A stretch of 64,000 bases of DNA from Dehalococcoidia bacterium (GTDB taxonomy: Bacteria; Chloroflexota; Dehalococcoidia; Lucifugimonadales; UBA3495): assembly GCA_965204805.1 (NCBI GenBank), contig OZ242013.1, positions 3,059,598-3,123,597 of the forward strand. The letters run 5' to 3'. Shown in pieces: positions 52,447 to 62,768 of this stretch; the first letter of the stretch is position 1, and each line of letters opens with the position of its first letter. Position numbers and translations under genes: made by a program. Below the pieces are notes generated by a model. That model saw only the letters and a list, made by a program, of their open reading frames with translations, did no database searches and had not been told where the DNA came from.

Positions 52447-53748
52447 ATGCCGGCATACGCCGTTATCGGGGGCCAGTGGGGCGACGAAGGCAAGGGGAAG
52501 GTTATTGATTACCTTGCCGGGGAGGTGGACAGCGTAGTCCGCTATGCAGGCGGCAACAACGCCGGCCATACCGTGGTCAACGAGCAGGGAGAGTTCCAGC
52601 TCCACCTGGTCCCGTCGGGCATCTGCTGGCCCGACTGCGACGGCATCATCGGCAACGGCGTGGTGGTTGACCCCGACGTGCTGCTGGACGAGATGGAGAT
52701 GCTGCGCGGGCGCGGCATAGACACCGGCAAGCTCCACGTCAGCGAGCGCGCCCACGTCATCATGCCCTACCACGTGATGCTGGACGCTCTGGAAGAGCAG
52801 GCCCGCGGCTCCGGGGCCATCGGCACCACCGGACGCGGCATCGGCCCAGCCTACGTGGACAAGACCGGACGTGACGGCATCCGCGTCGGCGACCTGCTGG
52901 ACTGGGATTCCCTAACGCCGAAGCTCAAGCGCGTGCTGGAGCGCAAGAACCAGCTCATCACGAAAATCTACGGCGGCGAGGCCCTTTCCCTGGAAGACCT
53001 CAAGGACAGATGCCGCCAGTGGGCTGAACAACTACGCCCCTACGCCCACCCTACCGAGCAGATTGTCCAGGACCGGCTGGCCGAAGGGAGACGGGTGCTG
53101 CTGGAAGGGGCGCAGGGAACACTGCTGGACCTGGACCACGGTTCCTATCCGTATGTCACATCATCGTCGCCGTCGATCGGCGGCGCCTGCACCGGCCTCG
53201 GCCTCAACCCCCAGGCCATCAAGGGAGTGCTGGGCGTGTTCAAGGCCTACTCCACCCGGGTCGGCGGCGGCCCCATGCCCTCGGAAATGGACGACGACAC
53301 CGCCGAGAGGATACGCGAGATTGCCCAGGAATACGGCACCACCACCGGACGGGCGCGGCGCATCGGCTGGTTCGACGGCGTGGCCGCCAAGTACAGCCAA
53401 CTGGTCAACGGCTTCACCGGGCTGGTGCTGACCCGCCTCGACATCCTCGACGGCTTTGAGTCGGTGAAAATCTGCGTCGGCTACCGGGCCGACGGCCCCG
53501 ACAATACCATTGAGGAAGTCTCCCGCTTCCCGGCCAACACATCCCTGCTGGCCCGCTGCCAGCCGGTGTACGAGGAACTGCCGGGATGGGACCAGCCGAC
53601 GGCCAGCGCTACCCAGCTATGCCAGCTACCCGCCAACGCCGCGGCCTACATCCGCCGCATCGAGGAACTGGTCGGCTGCCGCGTCCAGATAGTCTCCACC
53701 GGCCCCAGCCGCGCCGAGACCATCCAGTTGAGCCCGGTGTTCGAGTAG
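52447..53748 (+). CDS. purA: adenylosuccinate synthase
   Basis: 433 aa. GGQWGDEGKGKVIDYL, GGNNAGHTV and TTGRGIGPAY motifs. Confidence 0.95.
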   Translation: MPAYAVIGGQWGDEGKGKVIDYLAGEVDSVVRYAGGNNAGHTVVNEQGEFQLHLVPSGICWPDCDGIIGNGVVVDPDVLLDEMEMLRGRGIDTGKLHVSERAHVIMPYHVMLDALEEQARGSGAIGTTGRGIGPAYVDKTGRDGIRVGDLLDWDSLTPKLKRVLERKNQLITKIYGGEALSLEDLKDRCRQWAEQLRPYAHPTEQIVQDRLAEGRRVLLEGAQGTLLDLDHGSYPYVTSSSPSIGGACTGLGLNPQAIKGVLGVFKAYSTRVGGGPMPSEMDDDTAERIREIAQEYGTTTGRARRIGWFDGVAAKYSQLVNGFTGLVLTRLDILDGFESVKICVGYRADGPDNTIEEVSRFPANTSLLARCQPVYEELPGWDQPTASATQLCQLPANAAAYIRRIEELVGCRVQIVSTGPSRAETIQLSPVFE

Positions 53749-53762
53749 GGAGCTTCCATTAG

Positions 53763-53797
53763 TTCCCTCTCCCCCCGGGGGGATTAGGGTGGGGGCG
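53763..53797 (-). repeat. REP-A copy overlapping the 3' end of the deoxyribosyltransferase gene
   Basis: ttccctctccccccggggggattagggtgggggcg. The gene's last codons (…GTPPP*) and its stop (53784-53786) lie inside the repeat. Confidence 0.85.
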
Positions 53798-54260
53798 TCC
53801 CCTCGCGCGCCCACTTGGCCAGCGCCTTTTCGGGACTGCCGATTTCCTCGATCGCAGTGTAGTAGTAATCCCGCCATTCGTCCTGCGGCATTCCGGTGAA
53901 GAGCATAAGGTTCAGCGGGTACTCCTCGCTGTCGGTCACCTTGCGGAAGTCGTCGCGGAAGAGGAAGGTGGGCTTGCCCAAGGCGATGGCGATGCCCAAC
54001 TCCACCATCACCCCCTCGTCCGGGGGCGTGCCGTTGACCACGGCGAAGATGGCGTCGGCCTGTTCGACATCCCTCTTGTCGGCCTGTCCTATCCGGTAGG
54101 CCCAACCCGGCTCGGAGAAATCGACCTGGTTGTTCCGCTGGAAGGGTTCCCAGACCTCCAGCCCCAGCGCCTCCAGCGCTTCGACTAACTCCGGGAGGAG
54201 CCGCCGCTTCTGCTGTGCCGAGAACCCGTAGGGGTTGGCGAGGTATATCGATCTTGTCAT
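53784..54260 (-). CDS. nucleoside 2-deoxyribosyltransferase family protein
   Basis: 158 aa. IYLANPYGFS, DAIFAVVNGTPPDEGVMVELGIAIALGKP. Confidence 0.75.
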   Translation of the reverse strand: MTRSIYLANPYGFSAQQKRRLLPELVEALEALGLEVWEPFQRNNQVDFSEPGWAYRIGQADKRDVEQADAIFAVVNGTPPDEGVMVELGIAIALGKPTFLFRDDFRKVTDSEEYPLNLMLFTGMPQDEWRDYYYTAIEEIGSPEKALAKWAREGTPPP

Positions 54261-54269
54261 TATTAAAAG

Positions 54270-54306
54270 TCCCCTCCCCCTTAAGGGGAAGGGTGGGGGT
54301 GAGAGG
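54270..54306 (-). repeat. REP-A copy
   Basis: tcccctcccccttaaggggaagggtgggggtgagagg. Confidence 0.85.
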
Positions 54307-54357
54307 CAAGGGAGTAAAGAGCCGCCGCGAAGGCTGGCGCCGGTTTTGAAACAGTTT

Positions 54358-55161
54358 CTAAATTCCCTGAAACCACGGCTGCCGTCGCCCGGCGAAGGCT
54401 CGTATGCCCTCCTGGAAGTCGCGGGTCATGGCCGTCCTGGCGAAGGCTTCGGTTTCGGCGTCCAGTTGCTCTTCGAGGGTGGAGTCCCAGGAACGCTCGT
54501 ACAGCTCCTTGACGCGGCCATAGGCGACGGTGGGGCCGTTGGCCAGGCGGGTGGCCGTTTCCAGCGCGTGGCGGTCCAGCTCCTCGTCGGAGCACACCTG
54601 CGACACCAGCCCCAGCTCCAGCGCCCGGGGCGCGCCGATGGGCTGGCTGGCCAGGTACAGCTCCAGCGCCCGCCCGGCCCCCAGCAGGCGTGGCAGCAGC
54701 CAGGTGGAGCCGCCGTCGGCCGGCGCGCCGATGTTGGCGTAGGCCATCAGGAAGCGCGAGCTCTGGGACGCCACGCGCAGGTCGGCGGCCAGGGTCAGGC
54801 TGAACCCGGCGCCCGCCGCCGCGCCGTTGATGCCCGCCACCACCGGCTTGGGCAGGCGACGCAGGGGCAGCACAACCTGGCTATGCAGCGCATCGGCCAG
54901 TTCGCGGATGGCTTGGGTGATGCCCTCCGGCCCCTTGTCGTCCAGCGTTGCCACCAGGTCGCGCACGTTGGCCCCGGCACAGAACGCGCCGCCCGCGCCG
55001 GTGAGCAGCACGGTCCGCACGTTGGGCGAGGCGCACCCCTCCACCGCCTTGCCAAGCTCGCCAATCATTTCAGGGGTGAGGGCGTTGCGCGACTCGGGCC
55101 GGTTGAGGGTAATGGTCCCCACCGCGCCAGATACCTGGAACTTGACCGATTCTTCCGCCAT
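54358..55161 (-). CDS. enoyl-CoA hydratase/isomerase family protein
   Basis: ATG at 55161 (MAEESVKFQVSGAVGTITLNRPESRNAL) lies 10 nt after GGAG; a TTG at 55182 is the track start. GAFCAGANV and INGAAAGAG motifs. Confidence 0.85.
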   Translation of the reverse strand: MAEESVKFQVSGAVGTITLNRPESRNALTPEMIGELGKAVEGCASPNVRTVLLTGAGGAFCAGANVRDLVATLDDKGPEGITQAIRELADALHSQVVLPLRRLPKPVVAGINGAAAGAGFSLTLAADLRVASQSSRFLMAYANIGAPADGGSTWLLPRLLGAGRALELYLASQPIGAPRALELGLVSQVCSDEELDRHALETATRLANGPTVAYGRVKELYERSWDSTLEEQLDAETEAFARTAMTRDFQEGIRAFAGRRQPWFQGI

Positions 55162-55283
55162 AGCCAGCTTCTCCGTTCCCAAACAAAGAATTGCCCTCGC
55201 TTTACACCCGCTTCGGCGTAAAGTATATTTCGACTAAGCGAGCCTATGTGCGCCTCTCCAAAAGGCGAATGGATGAACACTCA

Positions 55284-55544
55284 ATGGCTGCCCTTCTGTT
55301 CGACACACATAAAGCCGTCAAAGAACTTCAGGAAGCGGGTTTCGACGAAGCCCAAGCGGAAGCTGTGGTCGCCACGGTAGGAACTGCCATCATCGGAAAC
55401 GTCGCCACCAAGCAGGACGTCACAGACGCACGCAACGACCTGCGTTCCGAGATGCAGGCGATGGAGTTGCGAATCACGCTGCGTATGGGCGGCCTGATTG
55501 TCGCCGGTGTCGCCCTGATAATCGCTTTGGATAAGCTCCTTTAA
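55284..55544 (+). CDS. DUF1640-like small coiled-coil protein with C-terminal membrane anchor
   Basis: MAALLFDTHKAVKELQEAGFDEAQAEAVV...VATKQDVTDARNDLRSEMQAMELRITLRMGGLIVAGVALIIALDKLL. Start at 55284 or 55269. Confidence 0.5.
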   Translation: MAALLFDTHKAVKELQEAGFDEAQAEAVVATVGTAIIGNVATKQDVTDARNDLRSEMQAMELRITLRMGGLIVAGVALIIALDKLL

Positions 55545-55691
55545 TTCCCTAGCTTCTCCCGCTCTCTGTAATCAACCCCTTTTCTGTCCAAATCATCCCA
55601 GCCCAGTCAGCTTCATCTGCCGTGCATAGCAGCCGCCGGAGATAGCACGCGCTCCGAAGCGCATCTGTGCCGATTCACCGGGTATGGGAGA

Positions 55692-56867
55692 TCAGCCCTC
55701 GGCTCCGCTGGTGGCCCATTCATCGGCGCAGGCTTTTGCTACGGCGGCGGAGACGGCGCGGTCGAGGGACCAGGGGATAACCCGCTCCGGCGTCGGCTCC
55801 GGTATCAGGGCCGCCAGCGCCTCGCCGGCCGCCAGCTTCATGCTGGTGGTGATGCGGGACGCCTTAGCGTCCAGCGCGCCCCGGAACACGCCGGGGAAAA
55901 CCAGGCTGTTGTTGATCTGGTTGGGGAAGTCGCTGCGGCCCGTGCCCACCACCGCGGCCCCGGCGGCCTCGGCCAGGTCGGGCATAATCTCCGGCACCGG
56001 GTTGGCCATGGCAAATACGACGGAGTCCTTGGCCATTGACGACACCATTTCAGGCGTCACCATATCGGCCACGGCCAGGCCGATGAATACGTCTGCGCCG
56101 CGCATGGCCTCGGCGATGCCGCCGCTGCGGTTCTCCGGGTTGGTGGTGTCGAGCATGGAGGACTTGATGGGCGTCAGGTCGGTGCGTCCCCGGTGGATGA
56201 TGCCCACGCTGTCCACCAGGGTGATGTTGGTGGCGCCGTAGTCCAGCAGCAGCTTGGCGGAGGCGATGCCGCCGGCCCCGGCCCCGGCAAACACGAAGGA
56301 GGAATCTTCTATCTTGCGCCCTGTTACCGCCAGCCCATTGATGACCGCGGCCAGGACGGCGATGGCCGTGCCATGCTGGTCGTCGTGGAACACGGGGATG
56401 CCCAGGTCCTGCAGGGCTTCCTCGATGTCGAAGCACTTGGGAGCGGCGATGTCCTCGAGGTTGACGCCGCCGAGACTGGGAGCTATGGCCCGCACTGTCC
56501 TGATAATTTCGTCGGGGTCTTGGGAGGCGACACAGATAGGATAGGCGTCCACCCCGGCAAGGTTCTTAAACAGTATGGACTTGCCTTCCATAACAGGCAT
56601 GGCCGCTTCGGCGCCGATGTTGCCGAGGCCCAGCACTGCGGATCCGTCGGTCACCACTGCGATGGTGTTGCCCCGGTTGGTCAGGTTGTAGGACTCGGTC
56701 GGGTCGGCGTGAATAGCCATGCACACCGAGGCCACGCCAGGAGTGTAGGCTATGGACAGTTCCTCCAGCGTTTCCACGGTCATCTTGGAGTTGATGCTGA
56801 CTTTGCCGCGGCTCTCCCGGTGCCGCCGGATGGCCTCTGTTCCATAATCCGTTGTCATGGTAAGCAC
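55692..56867 (-). CDS. NAD(P)-dependent malic enzyme
   Basis: 391 aa. [33 protein letters not shown] and GAGAGGIA motifs. Confidence 0.9.
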   Translation of the reverse strand: MLTMTTDYGTEAIRRHRESRGKVSINSKMTVETLEELSIAYTPGVASVCMAIHADPTESYNLTNRGNTIAVVTDGSAVLGLGNIGAEAAMPVMEGKSILFKNLAGVDAYPICVASQDPDEIIRTVRAIAPSLGGVNLEDIAAPKCFDIEEALQDLGIPVFHDDQHGTAIAVLAAVINGLAVTGRKIEDSSFVFAGAGAGGIASAKLLLDYGATNITLVDSVGIIHRGRTDLTPIKSSMLDTTNPENRSGGIAEAMRGADVFIGLAVADMVTPEMVSSMAKDSVVFAMANPVPEIMPDLAEAAGAAVVGTGRSDFPNQINNSLVFPGVFRGALDAKASRITTSMKLAAGEALAALIPEPTPERVIPWSLDRAVSAAVAKACADEWATSGAEG

Positions 56868-56903
56868 TCCTGACGTGGTTGGTGTAGGGTTGCCGGTTCG
56901 ACT

Positions 56904-57221
56904 TCATGGCAACAAGCCCAGTGCAAACCGTAACGCATCATCAATTGCTTCCATTTTCTCGCGGTTGAGACTGGAAATTTGCGTACGCAAGCGGGACTTG
57001 TTGATTGTGTACAAAGTGTCCAGGTTGACCGCTGAAGGTCTGGATAATCCGTCTTCAAGACCCAAGGCAACTTCGGCTGTAATTCCGCGAACTCTTGTAG
57101 ACACCGGGGCGACTATTATTTGTTGGCGAGTTGAATAGGCTTCCTCCCGAGAGACCAGGACTACTGGGCGAATTCCGATTGGGGGATCCAAAGTTACCCA
57201 CCAGATATCCCCTCTATTCAT
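56904..57221 (-). CDS. mazF: type II toxin, PemK/MazF family endoribonuclease
   Basis: 105 aa. MNRGDIWWVTLDPPIGIRPVVLVS...IVAPVSTR...SAVNLDTLYTI. Confidence 0.85.
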   Translation of the reverse strand: MNRGDIWWVTLDPPIGIRPVVLVSREEAYSTRQQIIVAPVSTRVRGITAEVALGLEDGLSRPSAVNLDTLYTINKSRLRTQISSLNREKMEAIDDALRFALGLLP

Positions 57222-57492
57222 TTAAGTCGGGCCACGGAGGCTCATCTTTGTAGAATTCCCGCAGCCCGGACATAGATGCCTGCTCCACCCAGGCATCCAG
57301 TTCCTCTTCGGTCTCTTCCCGAGACCAGAACAGCCTCTCCTTCTCTTTTTTTACCGCCTCCTCGATTCGCAGGTACTTCGCCAACGCGAAATGGATAAAC
57401 TCGCTACGGCTGACCAATGGCATAGTCTCTCCGCATCGCTCATCAATCGAATTGAGCAACTCGACCGGCAGGTCTATGGTTATCTTCGTCAC
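57214..57492 (-). CDS. ribbon-helix-helix antitoxin (MazE/CopG-like)
   Basis: 92 aa. KITIDLPVELLNSIDE...SRSEFIHFALAKYL. 8-nt overlap with mazF. Confidence 0.7.
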   Translation of the reverse strand: MTKITIDLPVELLNSIDERCGETMPLVSRSEFIHFALAKYLRIEEAVKKEKERLFWSREETEEELDAWVEQASMSGLREFYKDEPPWPDLNE

Positions 57493-57526
57493 CCTCTTCC
57501 TCCTGTCCGGCGCTTTTCTACCCGGC

Positions 57527-59206
57527 CTACCGCGTCACCGCGCCCTCCGACGCCGAGGACGCCAGCTTGGCGTACTTGGCGAGGGCGCCGGTGGTGTAGT
57601 TGGGCGGGAGAGGCTGCCAGTTGGCGCGGCGGTCGGTCAGCTCTTCTTCGGTCAGCATGACGTTGAGCTGGCGGGCCGGGATGTCGAGGACAACCTCGTC
57701 GCCCTCCTGGAGCAGCGCGATGGGGCCGCCCACCGCTGCCTCGGGGGCCACGTGGCCCACCATCGGGCCGTGGCTTGCGCCAGAGAAGCGGCCGTCGGTG
57801 ACCAGCGCCACATCGTCGCCCAGGCCCTGGCCGACGATGGCGGAGGTAACCGCCAGCATCTCCTGCATTCCCGGGCCGCCCTTAGGGCCTTCGTAGCGGA
57901 TGATTACGATGTCTCCGGCCTTGACCTGGCCGCCCTGGATGGCCCGGAAGGCGGCTCCCTCCTGGTCGAAGACCCGGGCCGGGCCCTGGTACACCTTCTC
58001 TTGGTGTCCGGCCACCTTGATGACCGCGCCGTCCGGGGCCAGGTTGCCGCGCAGGATGGCCAGGCCGCCCGTCGGGCTGCGGGGCGTGTCCACCTGGGTG
58101 ATTATGGGCTGGTCGTCAACGACGGTGATGCCTTCCAGGTTTTCGGCCACGGTCTTGCCGGTGACCGTCATGGCGTCGCCGTGGAGCAGGCCCGCGTTCA
58201 GCAGCCGCTTCATCACCAGCGCGATGCCGCCGTAGCGCGACAGGTCGGCCATCACGTAGCGGCCAGCGGGCTTCATGTCGGCGATGTAGGGCGTGCTGGC
58301 GCTGATGCGCTCGAAGTCCTCCAAGCCCAGCGGCACCCCGGCCTCGTTGGCGATGGCCAGCAGGTGCAGGACGATGTTGGTGGAGCCGCCCATGGCGACG
58401 CCTACGGTGATGGCGTTCTCGAAAGCCTGCTTGGTCATTATGTCCCGGGGGCGGACGTCCTCTTCCAGCAACCTCAGCACGGTGCGTCCCGCGTCGCGGG
58501 CCTCGCCCAGCTTGCGGGGGTCAATGGCAGGCAGCGAGGCGTCGCCCGGCAGCGACATTCCCATAACCTCGATGGCGGTGGACATGGTGTTGGCGGTGAA
58601 CAGTCCGCCGCAAGAACCCTCGCCGGGACAGGCAACGCACTCCAGTTCCCGTAGCTGGTCCAGGCTGACGTCGCCCTTGGCATAGCCGCCCACGGCCTCG
58701 AACACGTCCTGGATGGTCACGTCCCGGCCAGCCAGTTGGCCGGGCATGATGGAGCCGCCGTACATAAATATGCCGGGGACGTTGAGGCGCGCCAGAGCCA
58801 TCATGCAGCCGGGCATATTCTTGTCGCAGCCGGCGATGGTGATGAGGCCGTCCATGCGCTCGCCGAAGGTGACCAGCTCGATGGAGTCGGCGATGACCTC
58901 GCGGCTGACCAGCGAGGTCTTCATGCCCTCGGTACCCATGGATATGCCGTCGCTGACGGTGATGGTGCCGAATTCGAAGGGCACTCCATCGGCGGCGCGG
59001 ATGCCTTCCTTTGCGCCATTGGCGAAGCGGCTGAGGTGGACGTTGCAGGGGGTGACGTCGCTGGCCAGGTTGGCGATGGCGACGAAGGGCTTTTCCATGT
59101 CTTCGTGGGTGATGCCCATGGCCATCAGCATGGCGCGGGCCGGCGCGCGCTGCGGGTCGTGGGTTATCTCGGCGCTGCGGTGCTTGGTCCTGGCGGGCTT
59201 GGTCAT
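57527..59206 (-). CDS. ilvD: dihydroxy-acid dehydratase
   Basis: ATG at 59206 ([17 protein letters not shown]). [22 protein letters not shown] and LVTDGRFSG motifs. The upstream 35 codons of the track ORF are rejected. Confidence 0.95.
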   Translation of the reverse strand: MTKPARTKHRSAEITHDPQRAPARAMLMAMGITHEDMEKPFVAIANLASDVTPCNVHLSRFANGAKEGIRAADGVPFEFGTITVSDGISMGTEGMKTSLVSREVIADSIELVTFGERMDGLITIAGCDKNMPGCMMALARLNVPGIFMYGGSIMPGQLAGRDVTIQDVFEAVGGYAKGDVSLDQLRELECVACPGEGSCGGLFTANTMSTAIEVMGMSLPGDASLPAIDPRKLGEARDAGRTVLRLLEEDVRPRDIMTKQAFENAITVGVAMGGSTNIVLHLLAIANEAGVPLGLEDFERISASTPYIADMKPAGRYVMADLSRYGGIALVMKRLLNAGLLHGDAMTVTGKTVAENLEGITVVDDQPIITQVDTPRSPTGGLAILRGNLAPDGAVIKVAGHQEKVYQGPARVFDQEGAAFRAIQGGQVKAGDIVIIRYEGPKGGPGMQEMLAVTSAIVGQGLGDDVALVTDGRFSGASHGPMVGHVAPEAAVGGPIALLQEGDEVVLDIPARQLNVMLTEEELTDRRANWQPLPPNYTTGALAKYAKLASSASEGAVTR

Positions 59207-59471
59207 GGTGGCCACAGGGTCATCTCCGTCGGGAAAGGTTGGGGTGTCGGCGCAGCGGACCGAAGCCGCCTTGCGCCACAAGGATACATAACAGGAATGC
59301 CTGTCGCGCAATTATAGGTTGCGGCATAACCAGGCACAAGGCGGGGATGGTGGTTCGCCGGGGCGACCGCTGACGTTCGGCCATTGACTATAAGGGCGGA
59401 TGTTGCTTACAGTTGCCCGCAAATCGCCAGCCGCAAGCCGGTGCGATGACGAAATGACGGAGCGATAGCCG

Positions 59472-60341
59472 ATGCAGAAATCCCGCAGAGTTTCGCCATC
59501 GAAACGCAGAAACGGGAAAAAGATAGCTTTCGGTTGGTATGGCGGGAAATTCAGTCACCTGGATTTTCTGCTCCCCCACTTGCCCGACGACGCCCGGCAC
59601 TTTTGCGACGTGTTCGGCGGCTCGGCTGCCGTGCTGATTAACCGTGAACCCGCCCCGGTGGAGACCTACAACGACCTTGATTCGGAACTGGTCAACTTTT
59701 TCGCCATCCTGCGCCACTCGGAAATGGGGGAGCAACTGTTGCGGGAAATCGCGCTAACTCCCTTTTCCAGGGAAGAGTTGACCCTTGCCTGCACCCCGGA
59801 AGAGGGTTTGGGGCCGGTAGAGCGGGCGCGGCGGTTCTACGTCCGGGCCCGTCAGACTCGAACCGGACTGGCGCAAACTTCCTCAACGGGGCGATGGGCT
59901 CATTGCATCCTGACTTCGCGCTCCGGCATGGCCGGGGCCGTATCCCGCTGGATCGGAGCCATTGACGGCCTTCCCCCGATCATAGATCGGCTGCTCCGGG
60001 TTCAGATTGACAATGCCCCCGCTTTGGAAGTCATCGAACGCTACGATACGCCGGATACTCTCTTTTACCTGGATCCCCCTTATGTCCACGAATCGCGGGG
60101 CGACAAACACGCCTATTTTGGCGAGATGTCCGATGTGGACCACACGGAATTGGCCCGGTTGCTCCACAATATCCAGGGCCGCGCCGCCATATCCGGCTAC
60201 CGGAGCGATTTGTACGATTCAATATATGCAGACTGGCGCCGGGTGGACGCGCCGGAAAAGACTTGCCACTCGGTGCGTCAGCCCCGCCAGGAATCGCTCT
60301 GGATAAACTACGAGCCGCCATGCCAACTGCCGATGACATAG
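59472..60341 (+). CDS. DNA adenine methyltransferase, Dam/D12 class
   Basis: 289 aa. FGWYGGK, DVFGGSAAV and FYLDPPY motifs. Confidence 0.85.
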   Translation: MQKSRRVSPSKRRNGKKIAFGWYGGKFSHLDFLLPHLPDDARHFCDVFGGSAAVLINREPAPVETYNDLDSELVNFFAILRHSEMGEQLLREIALTPFSREELTLACTPEEGLGPVERARRFYVRARQTRTGLAQTSSTGRWAHCILTSRSGMAGAVSRWIGAIDGLPPIIDRLLRVQIDNAPALEVIERYDTPDTLFYLDPPYVHESRGDKHAYFGEMSDVDHTELARLLHNIQGRAAISGYRSDLYDSIYADWRRVDAPEKTCHSVRQPRQESLWINYEPPCQLPMT

Positions 60342-61420
60342 ACGAAGAACAAGCCCAAGCTGACCCAGCCGGGCTTGCGCTTTTACGCGCTCTCTGGAAC
60401 GAAGCACTGGCTACCTCGGACGAGGACGTTGACCCGGCGATACACGAACTCATTACCTGCCAGGTAGTGAGCATCCGCTACGCCCTGTTGACGCAATTGT
60501 TGGGGAAAGCGGTTGAGCCATCGCGGGACGCTCTGAGCATTCAACGCGGGGATACGACAACTGCCGAATCAGCAGGACGGTGGGACGCCCGGAGCTTTTG
60601 CAGTTCCAATGTCGTGCCGTGGGTTAGCGAATCCGGGCAGGTATTGGGAACCAGTCCCGACCCCTACGTAAACAATCCCCTGCGAAGGGCGCGGCTCGAC
60701 AGTGGACAGGAGCCGGTAAGGAATCGAACCCTCTGGAACAGTCTGGTTGCGCTGCTTGCCGAGGTTCAGGAACAAGACACCCCGGAATTCACTGAATCAC
60801 GGCTACGCTCCTGTTTGGCGTCGCTTGCTTCAGTATATCGGCAACTGACGGTTGAGTTCGACGTCCCGCAGCGCATTTCGTTGGAGGCTACCGCCAAGCT
60901 GGTAGCGGATTTTCTCAGCGAACAGAGCGGCGGTGAAAGGCCGCAGATTGTGGCCGCTGCCCTTATGCGAACCGTCGGCGACCGGTTCAGAATCTTCGAC
61001 AGAGTAACCAGGTTAGGAATAAACGAAGCGGATTCGGCTGCTGACAGCCCCGGCGACATACTTTGCTATTACCAAGACTCTTTGGTCCTGGCCGTCGAGG
61101 TCAAAGACCGAACCTTGGAGCTTCACGACATCGAAACCGCGATAGGCAAGGCGAGGCGGAGCGGCGTAAACGAGATACTGTTCACTACGGCAACGACACA
61201 GGCCAGCGAGCCGTTAATATCAGACCGGGCGGAACGGGAATTTGCCCTGGGGATAAACGTCTACCGGCTGAGTATCGACTCTTTGCTTCGGGTAGCGTTG
61301 TCCATAGCGGGAGAGTCCAGCCGCGTACAATTCCTGGCGCTGGTGGGTGAGGAGCTAAACGACCGCGTAACGCAACCCGCCCACAAGCTGGCATGGCAAG
61401 GACTGCTTCAGAATATCTGA
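60320..61420 (+). CDS. putative type II restriction endonuclease (PD-(D/E)xK candidate)
   Basis: ATG at 60320 overlaps the MTase 3' end by 22 nt. SPGDILCYYQDSLVLAVEVKD supplies a D...EVK motif. No family recognised. Confidence 0.5.
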   Translation: MPTADDIDEEQAQADPAGLALLRALWNEALATSDEDVDPAIHELITCQVVSIRYALLTQLLGKAVEPSRDALSIQRGDTTTAESAGRWDARSFCSSNVVPWVSESGQVLGTSPDPYVNNPLRRARLDSGQEPVRNRTLWNSLVALLAEVQEQDTPEFTESRLRSCLASLASVYRQLTVEFDVPQRISLEATAKLVADFLSEQSGGERPQIVAAALMRTVGDRFRIFDRVTRLGINEADSAADSPGDILCYYQDSLVLAVEVKDRTLELHDIETAIGKARRSGVNEILFTTATTQASEPLISDRAEREFALGINVYRLSIDSLLRVALSIAGESSRVQFLALVGEELNDRVTQPAHKLAWQGLLQNI

Positions 61421-61433
61421 ACTGCCCGCAGCG

Positions 61434-61934
61434 TTAGTCCGCAGCGCCACTCAACCGCTTCTCATAGCACAGGCTCACCGGGTCGTCCCAATAACCCCCG
61501 AAGGGCGGAATCCGGTAGTAGCCGCTGGCTTCGTACAGCCCCACGGCCTCCGGCTGGCGGGTGCCGGTCTCCAGCCGCATCGTGGTCACGCCCTTGTCCG
61601 TCGCCAGTCCTTCCAGATGCGCCAGCAGCCGCTTGCCAAAGCCGCGGCCACGGAACTTATCGCGGACATACATCCGCTTCAGCTCGCCGTAGGCGCCCTC
61701 AGTCCCCTGCCTATCGTCGAAGAACTGCACGCCGCCGCAGGCCGCCGGTTCGCCGTCGTGGTACAGCACGAAGAACTCCACCCGCTGCTGCACCAGCTTC
61801 TCGATGCTGTATCCGTGCTGGCTTTCCTGCGGATACAGGGGCGACAGGTAAGCGTCCAGCTCCGCGATGAGCATGGACGCGGCTTCGGTGCCGGGGTGTT
61901 CCCGGCGGATTGTGACGGAATCGCTGCTTTCCAT
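61434..61934 (-). CDS. GNAT-family N-acetyltransferase
   Basis: 166 aa. ELKRMYVRDKFRGRGFGKRLLAHLE (motif A). Confidence 0.85.
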   Translation of the reverse strand: MESSDSVTIRREHPGTEAASMLIAELDAYLSPLYPQESQHGYSIEKLVQQRVEFFVLYHDGEPAACGGVQFFDDRQGTEGAYGELKRMYVRDKFRGRGFGKRLLAHLEGLATDKGVTTMRLETGTRQPEAVGLYEASGYYRIPPFGGYWDDPVSLCYEKRLSGAAD

Positions 61935-62053
61935 AATTCCAGTCTAGCATCCGCTGTTAAGCCTGCGCCAGAAGCGGGTGGCGGGTTGCGTAGCAGGCGG
62001 ATTTCCTTTAACCTTTTGGCGGTTCGGATTCAGATTTTCGGATATGGAGGGGC

Positions 62054-62527
62054 ATGATGTTCAACCCCATCGGGTGGTTCAAGCCTGCGACAGCCAAGGC
62101 CCATTGCGACATTCCCTGCGGCATTTATGACCCCATCGCGGCCAAGATTGCGGCCCAGACGGTGCAGAAGATGGTGCTGCGGATGCAGAACCTCGAGCAC
62201 CCGGCGCCCGGCTCCGAGATGTCGGCGCACCAGGCCTTCGCCAACACCTTCAGCCGCTACGTACAGGTGAAGGAAGAGCACGCCGAGAAGTGCAAGGAAG
62301 AGCTGCGCATCCTCTGGGCCGACTACGCCTGGCCCAACACCGACGCCGCCGAAATCGCCGGCAAGTTCAACGCCGCCCTCAAGCTGGCCGGCCAGTGCAA
62401 GCAGACCGTCAGCATGGAGAACGCCGAGAACCTCGTCGCCGCCTGCGACGACATCGCCGCCGCCTTTTGGGCCACCAAGAACCAGGAGTACAGCGACCCC
62501 CTGGCCGCCGCCCGCTACGGCACGTAA
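62054..62527 (+). CDS. sodN: nickel superoxide dismutase precursor
   Basis: 157 aa. A leader of about 16 residues followed by the Ni-hook HCDIPCGIYDP. Confidence 0.9.
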   Translation: MMFNPIGWFKPATAKAHCDIPCGIYDPIAAKIAAQTVQKMVLRMQNLEHPAPGSEMSAHQAFANTFSRYVQVKEEHAEKCKEELRILWADYAWPNTDAAEIAGKFNAALKLAGQCKQTVSMENAENLVAACDDIAAAFWATKNQEYSDPLAAARYGT

Positions 62528-62530
62528 AAA

Positions 62531-62590
62531 TTCCCTCTCCCTCTGGGAGAGGGTTAGAGCCTGCCCCCGCGAAAGCGGGGGGTGAGGGCG
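62531..62590 (-). repeat. REP-A copy split by a nested hairpin
   Basis: ttccctctccctctgggagagggttag-[agcctgcccccgcgaaagcgggggg]-tgagggcg. Confidence 0.8.
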
Positions 62591-62618
62591 TACCCCTTAG
62601 CCTCTGAAAACGCCGACA

Positions 62619-62648
62619 GGGGCGCACGGTTGTGCGCCCCTTGTTTAT
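62619..62648 (+). terminator. rho-independent terminator candidate after sodN
   Basis: ggggcgcac-ggtt-gtgcgcccc followed by ttgtttat. Confidence 0.6.
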
Positions 62649-62713
62649 CTGAATCAGGATTTAGCCGGATTTCAGGATTTCTCCAATCAAGTGAATGGCG
62701 CAATCCTGATGGG
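62645..62713. repeat. family D' repeat
   Basis: ttatctgaatcaggatttagccggatttcaggatttc...aatcctgat; internal inverted repeat atcaggatt/aatcctgat. Confidence 0.65.
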
Positions 62714-62730
62714 AGTTCGCACTTGAGGAT

Positions 62731-62768
62731 TTCACCCCCACCCTACCCGCCCCCTCGAGGGGGTGGGG
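62731..62768 (+). repeat. REP-A copy
   Basis: ttcacccccaccctacccgccccctcgagggggtgggg. Confidence 0.85.
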
